DNA from: Nitrosopumilus sp.
GTDB taxonomy: Bacteria; Desulfobacterota; Binatia; UBA1149; SPBQ01
Reading direction: 5' to 3'
DNA: 64,000 nt
Assembly (NCBI GenBank): GCA_964225545.1
Contig: CAXQPB010000119.1
Span: 997-64,996 of the forward strand
Shown here: positions 21,712-31,613 of the stretch, one piece after another
Position numbering within the stretch: position 1 is the first letter of the stretch
Layout: each line of letters starts with the position of its first letter
Position numbers and translations under genes: made by a program
Notes under the pieces: model-generated
The model's input: the letters and a program-made list of their open reading frames with translations, nothing else
Told to the model about the DNA's origin: nothing
The model's database searches: none

Positions 21712-22485
21712 ATGTCGATCGTCGATACCCATTGTCACCTCTCCGACACGGCCTTTGCCGAGGACCTCGACGCCGTCATCGAGCGGGCTCGCAGTGAGGG
21801 GGTAACGAAGATTGTCGCGGTCGGCGGCGGCGGGCCGGTCGAAGACAGCGAGAGGTCGGCTCAGATCGCGGAACGCTACGACTTTATCCGCGCAACCGCC
21901 GGCATACACCCGCACGACGCGGAGACCTGGGACGACGATGTGGAGTCGGCGATCGAGTCGCTGCTGACGCGCGATCGCGTCGTGGCCGTCGGCGAGACGG
22001 GGCTCGACTACTTCTACGACAACTCACCGCGCGAGAAACAGCGCGAGGTGCTCGGGCGCCATCTGGCGCTCGCGCGCAGACACGACATGCCGGTTGTCAT
22101 TCACTGCCGCGACGCCGCGAAAGACCTGCACGAAGTCCTTCGAGCAGAGACGGGCGGAAGCGTGAGGGGAGCGGTTCACTGTTTCACGGGCGAGTACGAG
22201 GACGCCCGTATTCATCTCGACATGGGGCTCCTGATTTCATTCACCGGAATCCTGACGTTCAAGAACGCGGCCGATCTTCGTGAGACCGCCCGGCGACTCC
22301 CTCTCGATCGTCTGATGGTCGAGACGGATGCTCCGCTGCTTGCGCCCGCACCCCATCGCGGCAAGCGCAACGAACCGGCCTGGACCCGGCGTGTCGTCGA
22401 GGTGCTGGCCGAGCTGCACGGGACGGATGTCGAACACGTCGCCGAGGCGACGTCCCGCAACGCGGAAGAGCTGTTTTTCAGCTAG
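21712..22485 (+). CDS. tatD: TatD-family nuclease
   Basis: DTHCHL, GIHPH, GETGLDY, HCR, HCF, ETDAP. Confidence 0.94.
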   Translation: MSIVDTHCHLSDTAFAEDLDAVIERARSEGVTKIVAVGGGGPVEDSERSAQIAERYDFIRATAGIHPHDAETWDDDVESAIESLLTRDRVVAVGETGLDYFYDNSPREKQREVLGRHLALARRHDMPVVIHCRDAAKDLHEVLRAETGGSVRGAVHCFTGEYEDARIHLDMGLLISFTGILTFKNAADLRETARRLPLDRLMVETDAPLLAPAPHRGKRNEPAWTRRVVEVLAELHGTDVEHVAEATSRNAEELFFS

Positions 22486-22978
22486 GCCGGGAGAGGCAGT
22501 TCGCGCACAGCCCGTACAGCTCCATCTTGTGGCTGGTGAGCCGGAAGCCGAACTCGCGCGCGACGGACTCCTGCAACGCCTCGATCTGTGAATTCTCGAA
22601 TTCGATGATTCTGCCGCAGGCAGTGCAGATGCAGTGGTCGTGGTGGGCTGAGACGTTTTCGTAAAGCGCCTGCCCGTCGCCGAAGTGACGCTCCTGCACC
22701 AGCCCCGCTTCGCACAGGAGTTTCATGGTGCGGTAAACCGTCGAGAAACCGATCCCCCGGCTGTCCCGCTGTACCTCGCGGTAGATCTCGTCCGCGCTGT
22801 GGTGGCCTTTGACGCTGAAGAACCACCGAGCGATGTCGTCACGCTGCCGGGTGCTTTTCAGACCGCGGTCCCGAATGAACTCACGAAAGCGCTCGAGCTT
22901 GGTCTCGGGGTCGTTGCCGTGGGGCTGATGAGAATGAGAACCGGCGCCGGACATCGTAAAATTATCGGATCGAGGCAT
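22478..22978 (-). CDS. Fur-family transcriptional regulator
   Basis: GLKSTRQR, HHSADEIY, STVYRT, HHDHCICTACG..IEF, YGLCANC; start may be 22954. Confidence 0.93.
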   Translation of the reverse strand: MPRSDNFTMSGAGSHSHQPHGNDPETKLERFREFIRDRGLKSTRQRDDIARWFFSVKGHHSADEIYREVQRDSRGIGFSTVYRTMKLLCEAGLVQERHFGDGQALYENVSAHHDHCICTACGRIIEFENSQIEALQESVAREFGFRLTSHKMELYGLCANCLSRPS

Positions 22979-23039
22979 TCAACTCGTGGCGAGATCCGAG
23001 CGGCCTTCCGGCCGACCTCGCTTCGGTCTCAAAGCGAAG

Positions 23040-23480
23040 TCAGAGAGCCGGCGAGTCGCCTGCCGCCTCGGCGCGGGCGGAGTCGTCGACAGCATCCGCG
23101 GCATCGGCAGAGTCGTCGTCCTGCGCGATCTGTTCTGCCTCAGTATCGCCGGCGTGACCACCGCTGATCAGCCGTCGCAACTGCGGCTCGATGTAGATCT
23201 GTTCGAGATCACGCTGCGAGAGGAAGTCGAGAAGAACTTCGATACAGTCCGCGGCGCTCGCCGAGCTGTCGATCAGAAGAACTTCGTTACCGTCCAGGAT
23301 ACAGCGGCCGCCGCGGACGGTGTAGCCGATCTCGCGATGGAGGCGCTCCTCGCGAACCTCGATCCCGGTCTGCCCTGCAAGATCCTTCAACTGGGCAAGC
23401 AGCTGGAGTTGCTGATCGCTTCCTCGTGAAGGCTTCGCCTTTCTTCGTTTTCCGACCTTTAGGTGACCACGCCTGGCCAT
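23040..23480 (-). CDS. Hypothetical protein
   Basis: LKDLAGQTGIEVREERL...GGRCIL...IYIEPQLR core with an acidic tail; fills the gap between the phaR-like gene and fur; start uncertain. Confidence 0.65.
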   Translation of the reverse strand: MARRGHLKVGKRRKAKPSRGSDQQLQLLAQLKDLAGQTGIEVREERLHREIGYTVRGGRCILDGNEVLLIDSSASAADCIEVLLDFLSQRDLEQIYIEPQLRRLISGGHAGDTEAEQIAQDDDSADAADAVDDSARAEAAGDSPAL

Positions 23481-23535
23481 GCTTTCGAACTCCCGTGGGG
23501 TAAGGTGGATTATGCCTGAAGTGTCGCCCTGGAAG

Positions 23536-24324
23536 CTAGGCCGGGCCGGACTTGGTGCCGTCGGCGACTCCATTACCCGCGGGTTTTTCGGTTTTTGACT
23601 CGGCTGAATCCGTGGCGGCCTGCGCGTTTTCTCCGCCGCCGGGGAACGACTTTTCGATTCCGACCTCGCTGGATTCGATCACTCCGCCCGGTGTGGCGTC
23701 ACCGTTCAGACCGATATCGCCGTCGAAACTCTCGCCACCAGTTGTGCGCGACTCGTCGGTCTCGTCGGATTCATCCTCGCTGATTCGCTGGATCGCCTCT
23801 TCGATCGTGTGGAGGCTGCTCGCGATTCGTTCGAGTTCACGACGAACGACAGGATTGACGCGCAGCTTGTCGACCTGCTTTCGAGCAGATTCGCGCAACT
23901 CGTCGATGCGCTTCTGCGGGGTGCTGAAAATATCATCCAGGGCCGAGAGCCCATCCCCGAGTCGACGACCGCTGCCCTCGACCACCTCGCGGACACGCTC
24001 ACCGGCCTTCTCAGTCAACCCGCCCAGCGCTTCGAAGCCGCGCGTGGCACGGTCCGAGAAATCCTGCATCCGCGCCTCACCGGAGCGGATCAGATTGCGG
24101 AGGAATGGAACCGAGACGAGGTTCGCTTTGCGCTTCTCCTCTTCGAGGATGATCTGCGCGAACGTTATCGCCGTGAGGTCATCCTCGGTCTCGTTGTCGA
24201 TGACCTTGACGTCCTCGCCCGCGCGAACCAGGCGCGCGATCTCTTCGAGCGTCACGTAGCGGGACTCGAGCTTGTCGTAGAGTTTTCGGTTGGTGTACCG
24301 CTTGATGACGCGCTTCTCGGACAT
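23536..24324 (-). CDS. PhaR-like polyhydroxyalkanoate synthesis regulator (DNA-binding domain protein)
   Basis: VIKRYTNRKLYD..SRYVTLEEI...V.VIDN.T.EDLT...QII matches the PHB/PHA accumulation regulator N-domain. Confidence 0.88.
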   Translation of the reverse strand: MSEKRVIKRYTNRKLYDKLESRYVTLEEIARLVRAGEDVKVIDNETEDDLTAITFAQIILEEEKRKANLVSVPFLRNLIRSGEARMQDFSDRATRGFEALGGLTEKAGERVREVVEGSGRRLGDGLSALDDIFSTPQKRIDELRESARKQVDKLRVNPVVRRELERIASSLHTIEEAIQRISEDESDETDESRTTGGESFDGDIGLNGDATPGGVIESSEVGIEKSFPGGGENAQAATDSAESKTEKPAGNGVADGTKSGPA

Positions 24325-24495
24325 GGTTGGGAAACCTCTCTCAAAAACGGCTAGCAGCGGGCAGTTTAACAGGCAAACTGACGCAGCGCACCCAAGCCGG
24401 GGCGATCGGCGCGACGGTCGCCCCGGCGGGGGCTCGTACGGCTCGAGACACCGGCTTGACGGTCGCAAGGCAGCCCGATAGCGTCCGGTCCGCCG

Positions 24496-25314
24496 ATGCG
24501 GACCCTCGTCGCCAGCGCTGCCCAGCTCTGTGCCGGTCCGGACCCGGACCGTAACGCCCGGACAGCGAGAACCTTGATCGAGCAGGCCGCCTCCCGGGGT
24601 GCTCAGCTGGTCTGTCTGCCCGAGCTTTTCGGCTGGTCCGGCCCGGGCGCGCAGGAGAACTCTGTCGCCGAGACAGTTCCCGGGCGCACGACCGAGCTGG
24701 CCGCGGAGCTCGCCAGGCGGCACCGGATCCATATCGTCGCCGGCTCCGTTCTCGAGAAGAGTGGCGATCCGAGCGAATCGCGATGCTACAACACCGCTCA
24801 GCTCGTGGGTCCGGGCGGTGACCTGCTCGCGTCATACCGCAAGATCCACCTTTTCGATGTGGACATCGACGGCGGACCGAGGGTAATCGAGTCGCGCAAC
24901 CGGGTGCCGGGAGAGGACATCATCTGTCTGGATACCGAGCTTGGCCGGATCGGCCTGGCAATCTGTTACGACCTGCGCTTCCCGGAACTGTTCCGCGAGC
25001 TCTCCAGCGCCGGCGCAGAGATCATCGTGATGCCTTCGGCATTCACGGCGCAGACCGGCGAGTCGCACTGGCTGCCCCTGATACGGGCTCGAGCGATCGA
25101 GAACCAATGTTTTTTCATCGCCCCGAACCAGCACGGTCCGACCGCCTACGGCTTCGCCAGCTACGGCCACTCACTGATCGTCGATCCATGGGGGACCGTC
25201 CTCGCAGAAGCCGGCGATGACGGTCCTGCCACCGTCGATGCCGAGCTGCGCGCCGACCGGATCGAACAGATTCGCGCTCAGCTGCCGAGCCTTTCGCACC
25301 GGAGGCTCTCCTGA
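24496..25314 (+). CDS. Carbon-nitrogen hydrolase (Nit1/deaminated glutathione amidase-like)
   Basis: LPE, YRKIHLFD and ICYDLRFPE supply the E-K-C triad; ARAIENQ, YGHS. Confidence 0.93.
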   Translation: MRTLVASAAQLCAGPDPDRNARTARTLIEQAASRGAQLVCLPELFGWSGPGAQENSVAETVPGRTTELAAELARRHRIHIVAGSVLEKSGDPSESRCYNTAQLVGPGGDLLASYRKIHLFDVDIDGGPRVIESRNRVPGEDIICLDTELGRIGLAICYDLRFPELFRELSSAGAEIIVMPSAFTAQTGESHWLPLIRARAIENQCFFIAPNQHGPTAYGFASYGHSLIVDPWGTVLAEAGDDGPATVDAELRADRIEQIRAQLPSLSHRRLS

Positions 25315-26579
25315 TGAAGCTTCGCCCTTTCCTCAAGCTCGCTGTGCCCGAGCGCGCATACGAGGTGATCGGTTCGTTCCCATCGGTCGATCACGAAAGG
25401 ATCGATTGCCGACATGCGTTCGGCCGCGTAGCGGCCGACGAGATCACCGCAGCGGAGAACGTCCCTGACTTCGAGCGGTCGAACATGGACGGGTACGCCG
25501 TTTGTGCGGCCGATACCGCGGGCGCAACGGAGAGCGCAGCGGTGCTGCTGGATCTTGTCGGCCAGGTCGAGATGGGTCGCGCTGCCGGGGTAACCGTGGC
25601 CCCGGGGCAGGCCGTCCGCGTCTCCACCGGCGGCATGCTTCCTGAGGGAGCCGACGCGGTCGTCATGGTCGAGAAGACCGAGATCGTAGGCGACCGGCGA
25701 GTCGCGATTCGAGACACGCTCGTCGCCGGGCAGAACGTGATTCGTATCGGCGAAGATCTTTGCGAGGGCGATCCGCTTTTCACGACGGGTCGACGCTTCA
25801 AGGGCGGCGATGTCGGCGCTCTGACCGGCAGCGGGCATGCCGAGGTGAATGTCTTCCGACGACCGTGCGTCGGGATCATGGCCACGGGTGACGAGATCGT
25901 CGAGCCGGGAGAACCGCTGCAACCCGGTCAGGTACGCAACGTCAATGAGTACGTTCTCGTCTCGCTGGCGAAGCAGCTTGGGGTCGAGGTCAACGACTAC
26001 GGCGTCGTCGGCGACGATGAAGACCGGCTCGGAGCCGCGCTCGGCCGAGCGGTCGCGGAGAACGACGTCGTATTCATCTCGGGCGGCAGCTCGAAGGGCC
26101 ACCGGGATCTGACCCGATCTTCCATTGAAGCGCTGGCCGGGGCCGAGATCCTGCTCCACGGCATTGCCATCGCGCCGGGCAAACCGACGATCATCGCACG
26201 CGCAGCGGGTGAGCGAGCCTCCGGCCTCTCGCCCGCAGCGATCATGGGACTGCCCGGCAACCCTGCCGCTGCCGCGGTCGTGTTTCATCTGTTCGGCTCG
26301 GTCCTTGTCCGTGTGATCGGCGGTGAGCCCATCGAGCGAATTCTCACCACCCGGCCGCGAATCCGCGCGCGGCTTTCGAGGACCCTCCCCTCCACACCGG
26401 GACGTGAGGATTACGTGCGCGCCAGACTGGTCGAGGCGGAGCCGCTTCCGCAGGCACTTCCTCTGCTGGGCAAGTCGGTGGCGATCTCGACACTCGCGCA
26501 CGCCGACGGGCTGATTCGTGTTCCGCTCTCCACCGAGGGTTTCGATGAGGGCGAAGACGTCGAGGTAATCCTGTTTTGA
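25314..26579 (+). CDS. moeA: Molybdopterin molybdotransferase MoeA (1)
   Basis: FERSNMDGYAV, TGGMLPEGADAVVMVE, TGDEI, SGGSSKG, PGKP, GLPGNP. Confidence 0.94.
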   Translation: MKLRPFLKLAVPERAYEVIGSFPSVDHERIDCRHAFGRVAADEITAAENVPDFERSNMDGYAVCAADTAGATESAAVLLDLVGQVEMGRAAGVTVAPGQAVRVSTGGMLPEGADAVVMVEKTEIVGDRRVAIRDTLVAGQNVIRIGEDLCEGDPLFTTGRRFKGGDVGALTGSGHAEVNVFRRPCVGIMATGDEIVEPGEPLQPGQVRNVNEYVLVSLAKQLGVEVNDYGVVGDDEDRLGAALGRAVAENDVVFISGGSSKGHRDLTRSSIEALAGAEILLHGIAIAPGKPTIIARAAGERASGLSPAAIMGLPGNPAAAAVVFHLFGSVLVRVIGGEPIERILTTRPRIRARLSRTLPSTPGREDYVRARLVEAEPLPQALPLLGKSVAISTLAHADGLIRVPLSTEGFDEGEDVEVILF

Positions 26580-28147
26580 AAAGCGGTAAATTTCTCCAGC
26601 GCGTGCCGCTCGAACGGGCACGCGAGCTCGTGCGGTCCCTCGCGCGGGTGACCGAATCCGAAGACGTCGCGACCGAGGACGCTCTTGGTCGCTTCACTGC
26701 ACAATCGGTGTTCGCACGCTTCGCATCGCCGCATTACCGGGCCTCGGCGATGGACGGTATCGCGGTCCGCGCCGCCGACACGTCGCGAGCTTCGGCTGAA
26801 GCTCCGCTGGAACTGGATGAAGTTGACGAACTTCCAGAGCCGGGCGGCGCGAGCGAGGGATCGGGAGCGAAGGGGTGCATCGCGGTGGACACCGGGAATC
26901 CACTGCCCGCGTGGACCGATGCTGTAATCCGAATCGAAGACACGAAACGCGAGGGAGTGCGCTACCGGATCGTGCAGCCGGTATCCGCCGGCAAAGATAT
27001 CCGCGAGATCGGTGAGGATGTCGCAGCTGGAGCCCTGCTGTTCGGACCCGGTCACCGGATCCGTCCCTACGACATCGGCGCGTTGCTCGCGACCGGAGTC
27101 GATTCCGTCCCGGTTCGGCGGCTGCCCAGGGTCGCCGTGTTCGCCACCGGAACCGAGATTGTCGAACCCGGCGGCGACCCGGGGCCGGGGCAGGTGATCG
27201 AGTTCAACTCGCGAATGCTCACGGCGCTGGTCTCTCAGTGGGGCGGCATCGGAAGTTACGGCGGCCACATCGATGACGAGCCGGAGGCGCTCGAACGGGC
27301 CCTGCTCGAAAGTGTCACGGGCAGCGACGCGGTCTGTGTGATCGCCGGCAGCTCGGCGGGCCGCAAGGACTACACCGTCGAGATCCTGGCGAAAGCCGGC
27401 ACGTTGCATGCGCACGGCGTGGATATGATGCCCGGCAAACCGGCGGCGATCGCCGAGGTCGGCGGTGTCCCCGTCATCGGCATTCCAGGCTATCCGGTTT
27501 CCGCGTACGCGGTCTATCGCGAGCTCGTACAGGCGCTCGTCTACCGATCCCTCGGGTCGACTCCCGACCCCGTGCGAACGCTTCCGGCGACGGTTCGTCG
27601 GCGCATTGTCTCCCGACTCGGAGTCGAGGAGCTGCTGCGCGTCTGCCTCATCAAGGACCACCGCGGATTGTCGGTCGCCGCACTCCCACGCGGCGCGGGC
27701 TCCGTGACGACGCTCGTGCGAGCCGACGCAATACTGCGGATCCCGGCGACGTGTGAAGGCCACGATGCCGGCGAGGAGGTCACGGTCGAGCTCCTCGAGA
27801 CCGGCACGGAGCCGGGCGCGACGTGGGTCATCGCCGGGAAACCGGATCCGTTGAGCGCCAGGCTCGAATCAGAGCTGCGCAGCGCCGGCAGCGGACTGCG
27901 CGTCTCCTACCTCGGACGAACCGGATACGACATGGTCGCGGCGCTGGAGTCGGGCGAGGCCCACACGGCGATCGTCTCGGTAGCGGATGCCGGCGCGGCG
28001 CAGAATTTCGAGGCGCTTGTCGCTGAGCATGCGAGAGGAGCGGAAGTCATCAATCGCCCTGACGGCTTCGTTGCCGCCGTGGGCAGTGCCCTGGCGCTAC
28101 TCCCCGAAGCTTCATCGATTCGGCAGCGACTCAACGCCGAAAACTGA
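26576..28147 (+). CDS. moeA: MoeA (2) with a short C-terminal extension resembling part of a PBP/LysR-substrate domain
   Basis: SAMDGIAV, TGNPLP, AGSSAGRKD, PGKP, GIPGYPVSA; about 110-aa C-terminal extension. Confidence 0.9.
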   Translation: MKSGKFLQRVPLERARELVRSLARVTESEDVATEDALGRFTAQSVFARFASPHYRASAMDGIAVRAADTSRASAEAPLELDEVDELPEPGGASEGSGAKGCIAVDTGNPLPAWTDAVIRIEDTKREGVRYRIVQPVSAGKDIREIGEDVAAGALLFGPGHRIRPYDIGALLATGVDSVPVRRLPRVAVFATGTEIVEPGGDPGPGQVIEFNSRMLTALVSQWGGIGSYGGHIDDEPEALERALLESVTGSDAVCVIAGSSAGRKDYTVEILAKAGTLHAHGVDMMPGKPAAIAEVGGVPVIGIPGYPVSAYAVYRELVQALVYRSLGSTPDPVRTLPATVRRRIVSRLGVEELLRVCLIKDHRGLSVAALPRGAGSVTTLVRADAILRIPATCEGHDAGEEVTVELLETGTEPGATWVIAGKPDPLSARLESELRSAGSGLRVSYLGRTGYDMVAALESGEAHTAIVSVADAGAAQNFEALVAEHARGAEVINRPDGFVAAVGSALALLPEASSIRQRLNAEN

Positions 28148-28162
28148 GAGAACCGGGGTGGG

Positions 28163-28948
28163 TCAGGATCGCTTGACGACGCGGGCCGTCGATCGCTTGC
28201 CGCGACGAAGCCCCTCGGCAATCTCGTCGACGATCGCGTCGGCTTCCGCAGCGGGATCCGCCGCATCGCGGATGGGCCGACCGACCACGACGTAATCGGC
28301 ACCGGCGGCCACCGCCGCAGCCGCGCCGCTGGTACGGTTCTGATCGTCCGCTTCATCCGTCGACCGCCGAATCCCCGGCGTCACGATGAGAAAACGCCGC
28401 GCGCATGCCTTTCGGATAGCCTCGATCTCGAGCGGCGAGGCGACCACGCCGTTCATTCCCGAGGTTTCAGCGAGGGTCGCCAGGCGGACGACCTGATCGG
28501 GCACCGGCGAGTTCACGCCGATATTCTCCAGATCATGTCCCGTGAGACTGGTCAGAACGGTGACCGCCAGCAGCCGCGGTCGACGCAAGCCCTCCGTCCG
28601 GCACGCACGGTGTACTTCAGCGACCGTCCTGCGCATCATCTCTCTGCTTCCCGACGCATGCATGTTGAACATGTACACACCGAGACGGGTCGCTTCGACC
28701 GAGGCGCGAGCGACGGTCTGCGGAATGTCGTGGAACTTGAGATCGAGGAAAACCTCCACACCCAGATCGTGGAGATATTTGATGATTCGCGGGCCGGTTC
28801 TCAGGAAAAGCTGCTTGCCGACCTTGAACATGCCGACGTGGGCGCGAAGAGCGCGAACGTGCTCTCCGGCTTCGCGCAGGCTCCCGACATCGAGAGCGAA
28901 GATCAGCCTCTCGCGGGCCCGTTCCCGGGCAGCAGTCGATACCGTCAC
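28163..28948 (-). CDS. pyrF: Orotidine-5'-phosphate decarboxylase
   Basis: LIFALD, FKVG, FLDLKFHDIPQTV, VTVLTS, VTPGIR, VVGRPI; GTG 28948 overlaps the proS stop. Confidence 0.96.
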   Translation of the reverse strand: MTVSTAARERARERLIFALDVGSLREAGEHVRALRAHVGMFKVGKQLFLRTGPRIIKYLHDLGVEVFLDLKFHDIPQTVARASVEATRLGVYMFNMHASGSREMMRRTVAEVHRACRTEGLRRPRLLAVTVLTSLTGHDLENIGVNSPVPDQVVRLATLAETSGMNGVVASPLEIEAIRKACARRFLIVTPGIRRSTDEADDQNRTSGAAAAVAAGADYVVVGRPIRDAADPAAEADAIVDEIAEGLRRGKRSTARVVKRS

Positions 28949-30657
28949 GCTGTCCTCTCCCGGGCGACGCGCTCCGCGATCATCGCAACAGCCGACTCGC
29001 ACGAGATCTCTTCCGCTTCGCCCTGATCGCGCGCCTTCAGCTCGACGTTCCCTGCTTCAACGCCACGCGGTCCGACGGTAACACGCAGGGGAATCCCGAG
29101 AAGGTCCGCATCGTTGAACTTCACGCCGGCCCGTTCATCACGATCATCGAGCAGAACGTCGACGCCCGCGTCCTGCAAGCCTTTGTAAATACGCTCCGCA
29201 TGCTCGCGGCTCGCATCGTGGCTCCACTTGACGGGGACGATCATGACTTCGTAGGGCGCGATGGACATCGGCCAGATGATTCCATGTTCATCGTGATTCT
29301 GCTCGACCGCAGCGGCGAGTGTCCGCGTGATTCCGATGCCGTAGCACCCCATCTCCATGACCTGTTCGGCGCCCTCGGTATCGAGAAAGACCGCTCCGAG
29401 CGCACGGCTGTACTTGGTGCCGAGATAAAAGACCTGGCCGACCTCGATCCCGCGGTGCTCCTGCATGGTGCCGCCTTCACAGCGTCGGCAGCCATCCCCC
29501 GCTCTCGCGACACGCAGATCGGTAACCTTCGCCTCCGGGAAGTCCCGCTCGTGCGCCACACCCGAAAGGTGCAGGTCGTTCTCATTCCCTCCGGTGATCA
29601 TTCCTGTAGAGCCGGCCAGCCGCTGATCGACATACATCGGCAGATCGAGCCCCACAGGGCCGGCGAATCCGACCGGGGCGCCGGTCAACCTCTCGACCTC
29701 CCCGTCTTCCGCGAGGCGTAGCACGTCACAACCGATCGCCGTTTTCAGCTTGGTCTCGCTGAGCTCGTCATCGCCTCGGACCAGCGCCACGACACCGGCG
29801 TCGTCAGCCATGAACAGCAGGGTCTTGATGAAGCGCTGCGGAGGCTCGCCAAGGAACTGCGAAACTTCCTCGATCTTGCCGACATCCGGCGTCGGTACGC
29901 GCGCGATCTCGCCATCTTCGTAAACGTCCACGGCAGGCGCGTGCGACTCTGCTTTCTCCACGTTCGCTGCGTACTCACACGCGTCGCAGCTGACAATGAG
30001 ATCTTCGCCGGATGAGGCGAGCACCTGAAACTCGTGTGAGAGCGAGCCGCCGATCGCACCGGTATCGGCCTCGACGGCACGGTACGTCAGCCCGCAGCGA
30101 TCGAAGATCCGTGCGTAGGTCTCACGCATATGCTCGTATTCGCGGCGGCAGTCGTCGTAATCCGTGTGGAAGGAATAGCCGTCCTTCATCACGAACTCGC
30201 GCCCGCGCATCAGGCCGAATCGCGGCCGCACCTCATCACGGAACTTGGTCTGGACCTGGTATAGATTGATCGGCAGCGCGCGATACGAGCGGACATCGCG
30301 CCGGACCAGATCGGTGATGACCTCCTCATGGGTCGGCCCCACACAGAAATCCCGGTCGTGACGATCGCGCAGTCTCAGAAGCTCCTTGCCGTACAGCTCC
30401 CAGCGCCCGCTCTCCTGCCAGAGTTCAGCCGGCGAGATAATCGGCAGAAGAACTTCCTGACAACCCGCGCGGTCGAGCTCGTCGCGAACGATTCTTTCGA
30501 TCTTTCGTACCGACCTCAGACCGAGCGGGAGAAAGTCGTAGATCCCGCGGGCGACCTGGCGGATCATTCCGGCACGAACCAGAAGTTTGTGACTGATGAC
30601 CTCGGCGTCGGCGGGGTCTTCCTTGAGCGTCGGGGCGTGCAACCGTGAGAGCAGCAT
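28945..30657 (-). CDS. proS: Proline--tRNA ligase with INS editing domain
   Basis: SHKLLVRAGMIRQ, GPTHEE, KFRDEVRPRFGLMRGREF, GIEVGQVF, MGCYGIG. Confidence 0.98.
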   Translation of the reverse strand: MLLSRLHAPTLKEDPADAEVISHKLLVRAGMIRQVARGIYDFLPLGLRSVRKIERIVRDELDRAGCQEVLLPIISPAELWQESGRWELYGKELLRLRDRHDRDFCVGPTHEEVITDLVRRDVRSYRALPINLYQVQTKFRDEVRPRFGLMRGREFVMKDGYSFHTDYDDCRREYEHMRETYARIFDRCGLTYRAVEADTGAIGGSLSHEFQVLASSGEDLIVSCDACEYAANVEKAESHAPAVDVYEDGEIARVPTPDVGKIEEVSQFLGEPPQRFIKTLLFMADDAGVVALVRGDDELSETKLKTAIGCDVLRLAEDGEVERLTGAPVGFAGPVGLDLPMYVDQRLAGSTGMITGGNENDLHLSGVAHERDFPEAKVTDLRVARAGDGCRRCEGGTMQEHRGIEVGQVFYLGTKYSRALGAVFLDTEGAEQVMEMGCYGIGITRTLAAAVEQNHDEHGIIWPMSIAPYEVMIVPVKWSHDASREHAERIYKGLQDAGVDVLLDDRDERAGVKFNDADLLGIPLRVTVGPRGVEAGNVELKARDQGEAEEISCESAVAMIAERVARERTA

Positions 30658-30674
30658 CGCGCGGATTTATAGGG

Positions 30675-31613
30675 CTACTCGGACGGCATTGCGAGCCGGG
30701 CCGCACCCAGTGCGCCGGCGTCGGAGCCTCGCACCGTGGCGAGGAGCGTGATCTCACCGATCGGTCTCGCGAAAAGCGAAGCCGCGATCGCTTCTTCGAG
30801 CTGCGTGCGTCGGGCCAGAACGCCCGGTGCGATCCCGCCGCCGAGGATCACGGTCGTGACGTCCAGCAGATTCACCGCGGACGCCAGCCCGCACCCTAGG
30901 GCTTCGATCATTTCCGCGATGAGCGTGGGAGCCTCGGCGTCGCCCCGGTCGGCCAGCGCGAAGAGCGCCTCGGTGTGACCGGCCGCATCCTCCTCTACCG
31001 ATCGCGCGACGGCGTTGGCCAGCGCGCCCCCTCTTTCTTTGATGATCGACCGCGTAGCGGACTCGGAGACGTAAGCCTCCAGGCAACCGCGGTTGCCGCA
31101 GCCGCACAGCCGTCCGTTTCGCTCAATGATGGTATGCCCGAGCTCGCAGCCGTAGCCGGTCGCGCCGTGGTAGACACGGCCACCGATGACCAGCCCTGAC
31201 CCGACACCGCTGCCGAGGGTCACGAGTACATAGTCGTCCACACCCGAACCCGCTCCGCCAAGCCCTTCACCGAAGGCGGCGCAGCTCGCATCGTTGTCTA
31301 CGGTGAGGGGTCTGCCGACGCTTCTGACGAGATCCTCGCGGACGCAGGTCCCGACGAGTTTCGGCAGATTCGGACTCCCATGGAGAATCCCGTCGACGCC
31401 CATCACGCCCGCGATACCGACACCGATCCCCTGCGCAACCGGATGGACTGCGGAGAATTCGTCGAGCAGCTCGTTGATCGCTGTCCCCAGTCGGTCCGCG
31501 TCGCAATCGAGCCCGGTCGGTCGTCGCCCGTGGGCGTGAACCTGACCGTTCCGATCGGCCAGCACCGCCTTGACGGCCTGGCCTCCCACGTCGAAGCCGG
31601 CCCATCTCGTCAT
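30675..31613 (-). CDS. ROK-family sugar kinase (glucokinase-like)
   Basis: GFDVGG, DNDASCAAFGE, TLGSGVGSG, ELGH, CGCGNRGCLEAY; ATG at 31613. Confidence 0.92.
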   Translation of the reverse strand: MTRWAGFDVGGQAVKAVLADRNGQVHAHGRRPTGLDCDADRLGTAINELLDEFSAVHPVAQGIGVGIAGVMGVDGILHGSPNLPKLVGTCVREDLVRSVGRPLTVDNDASCAAFGEGLGGAGSGVDDYVLVTLGSGVGSGLVIGGRVYHGATGYGCELGHTIIERNGRLCGCGNRGCLEAYVSESATRSIIKERGGALANAVARSVEEDAAGHTEALFALADRGDAEAPTLIAEMIEALGCGLASAVNLLDVTTVILGGGIAPGVLARRTQLEEAIAASLFARPIGEITLLATVRGSDAGALGAARLAMPSE

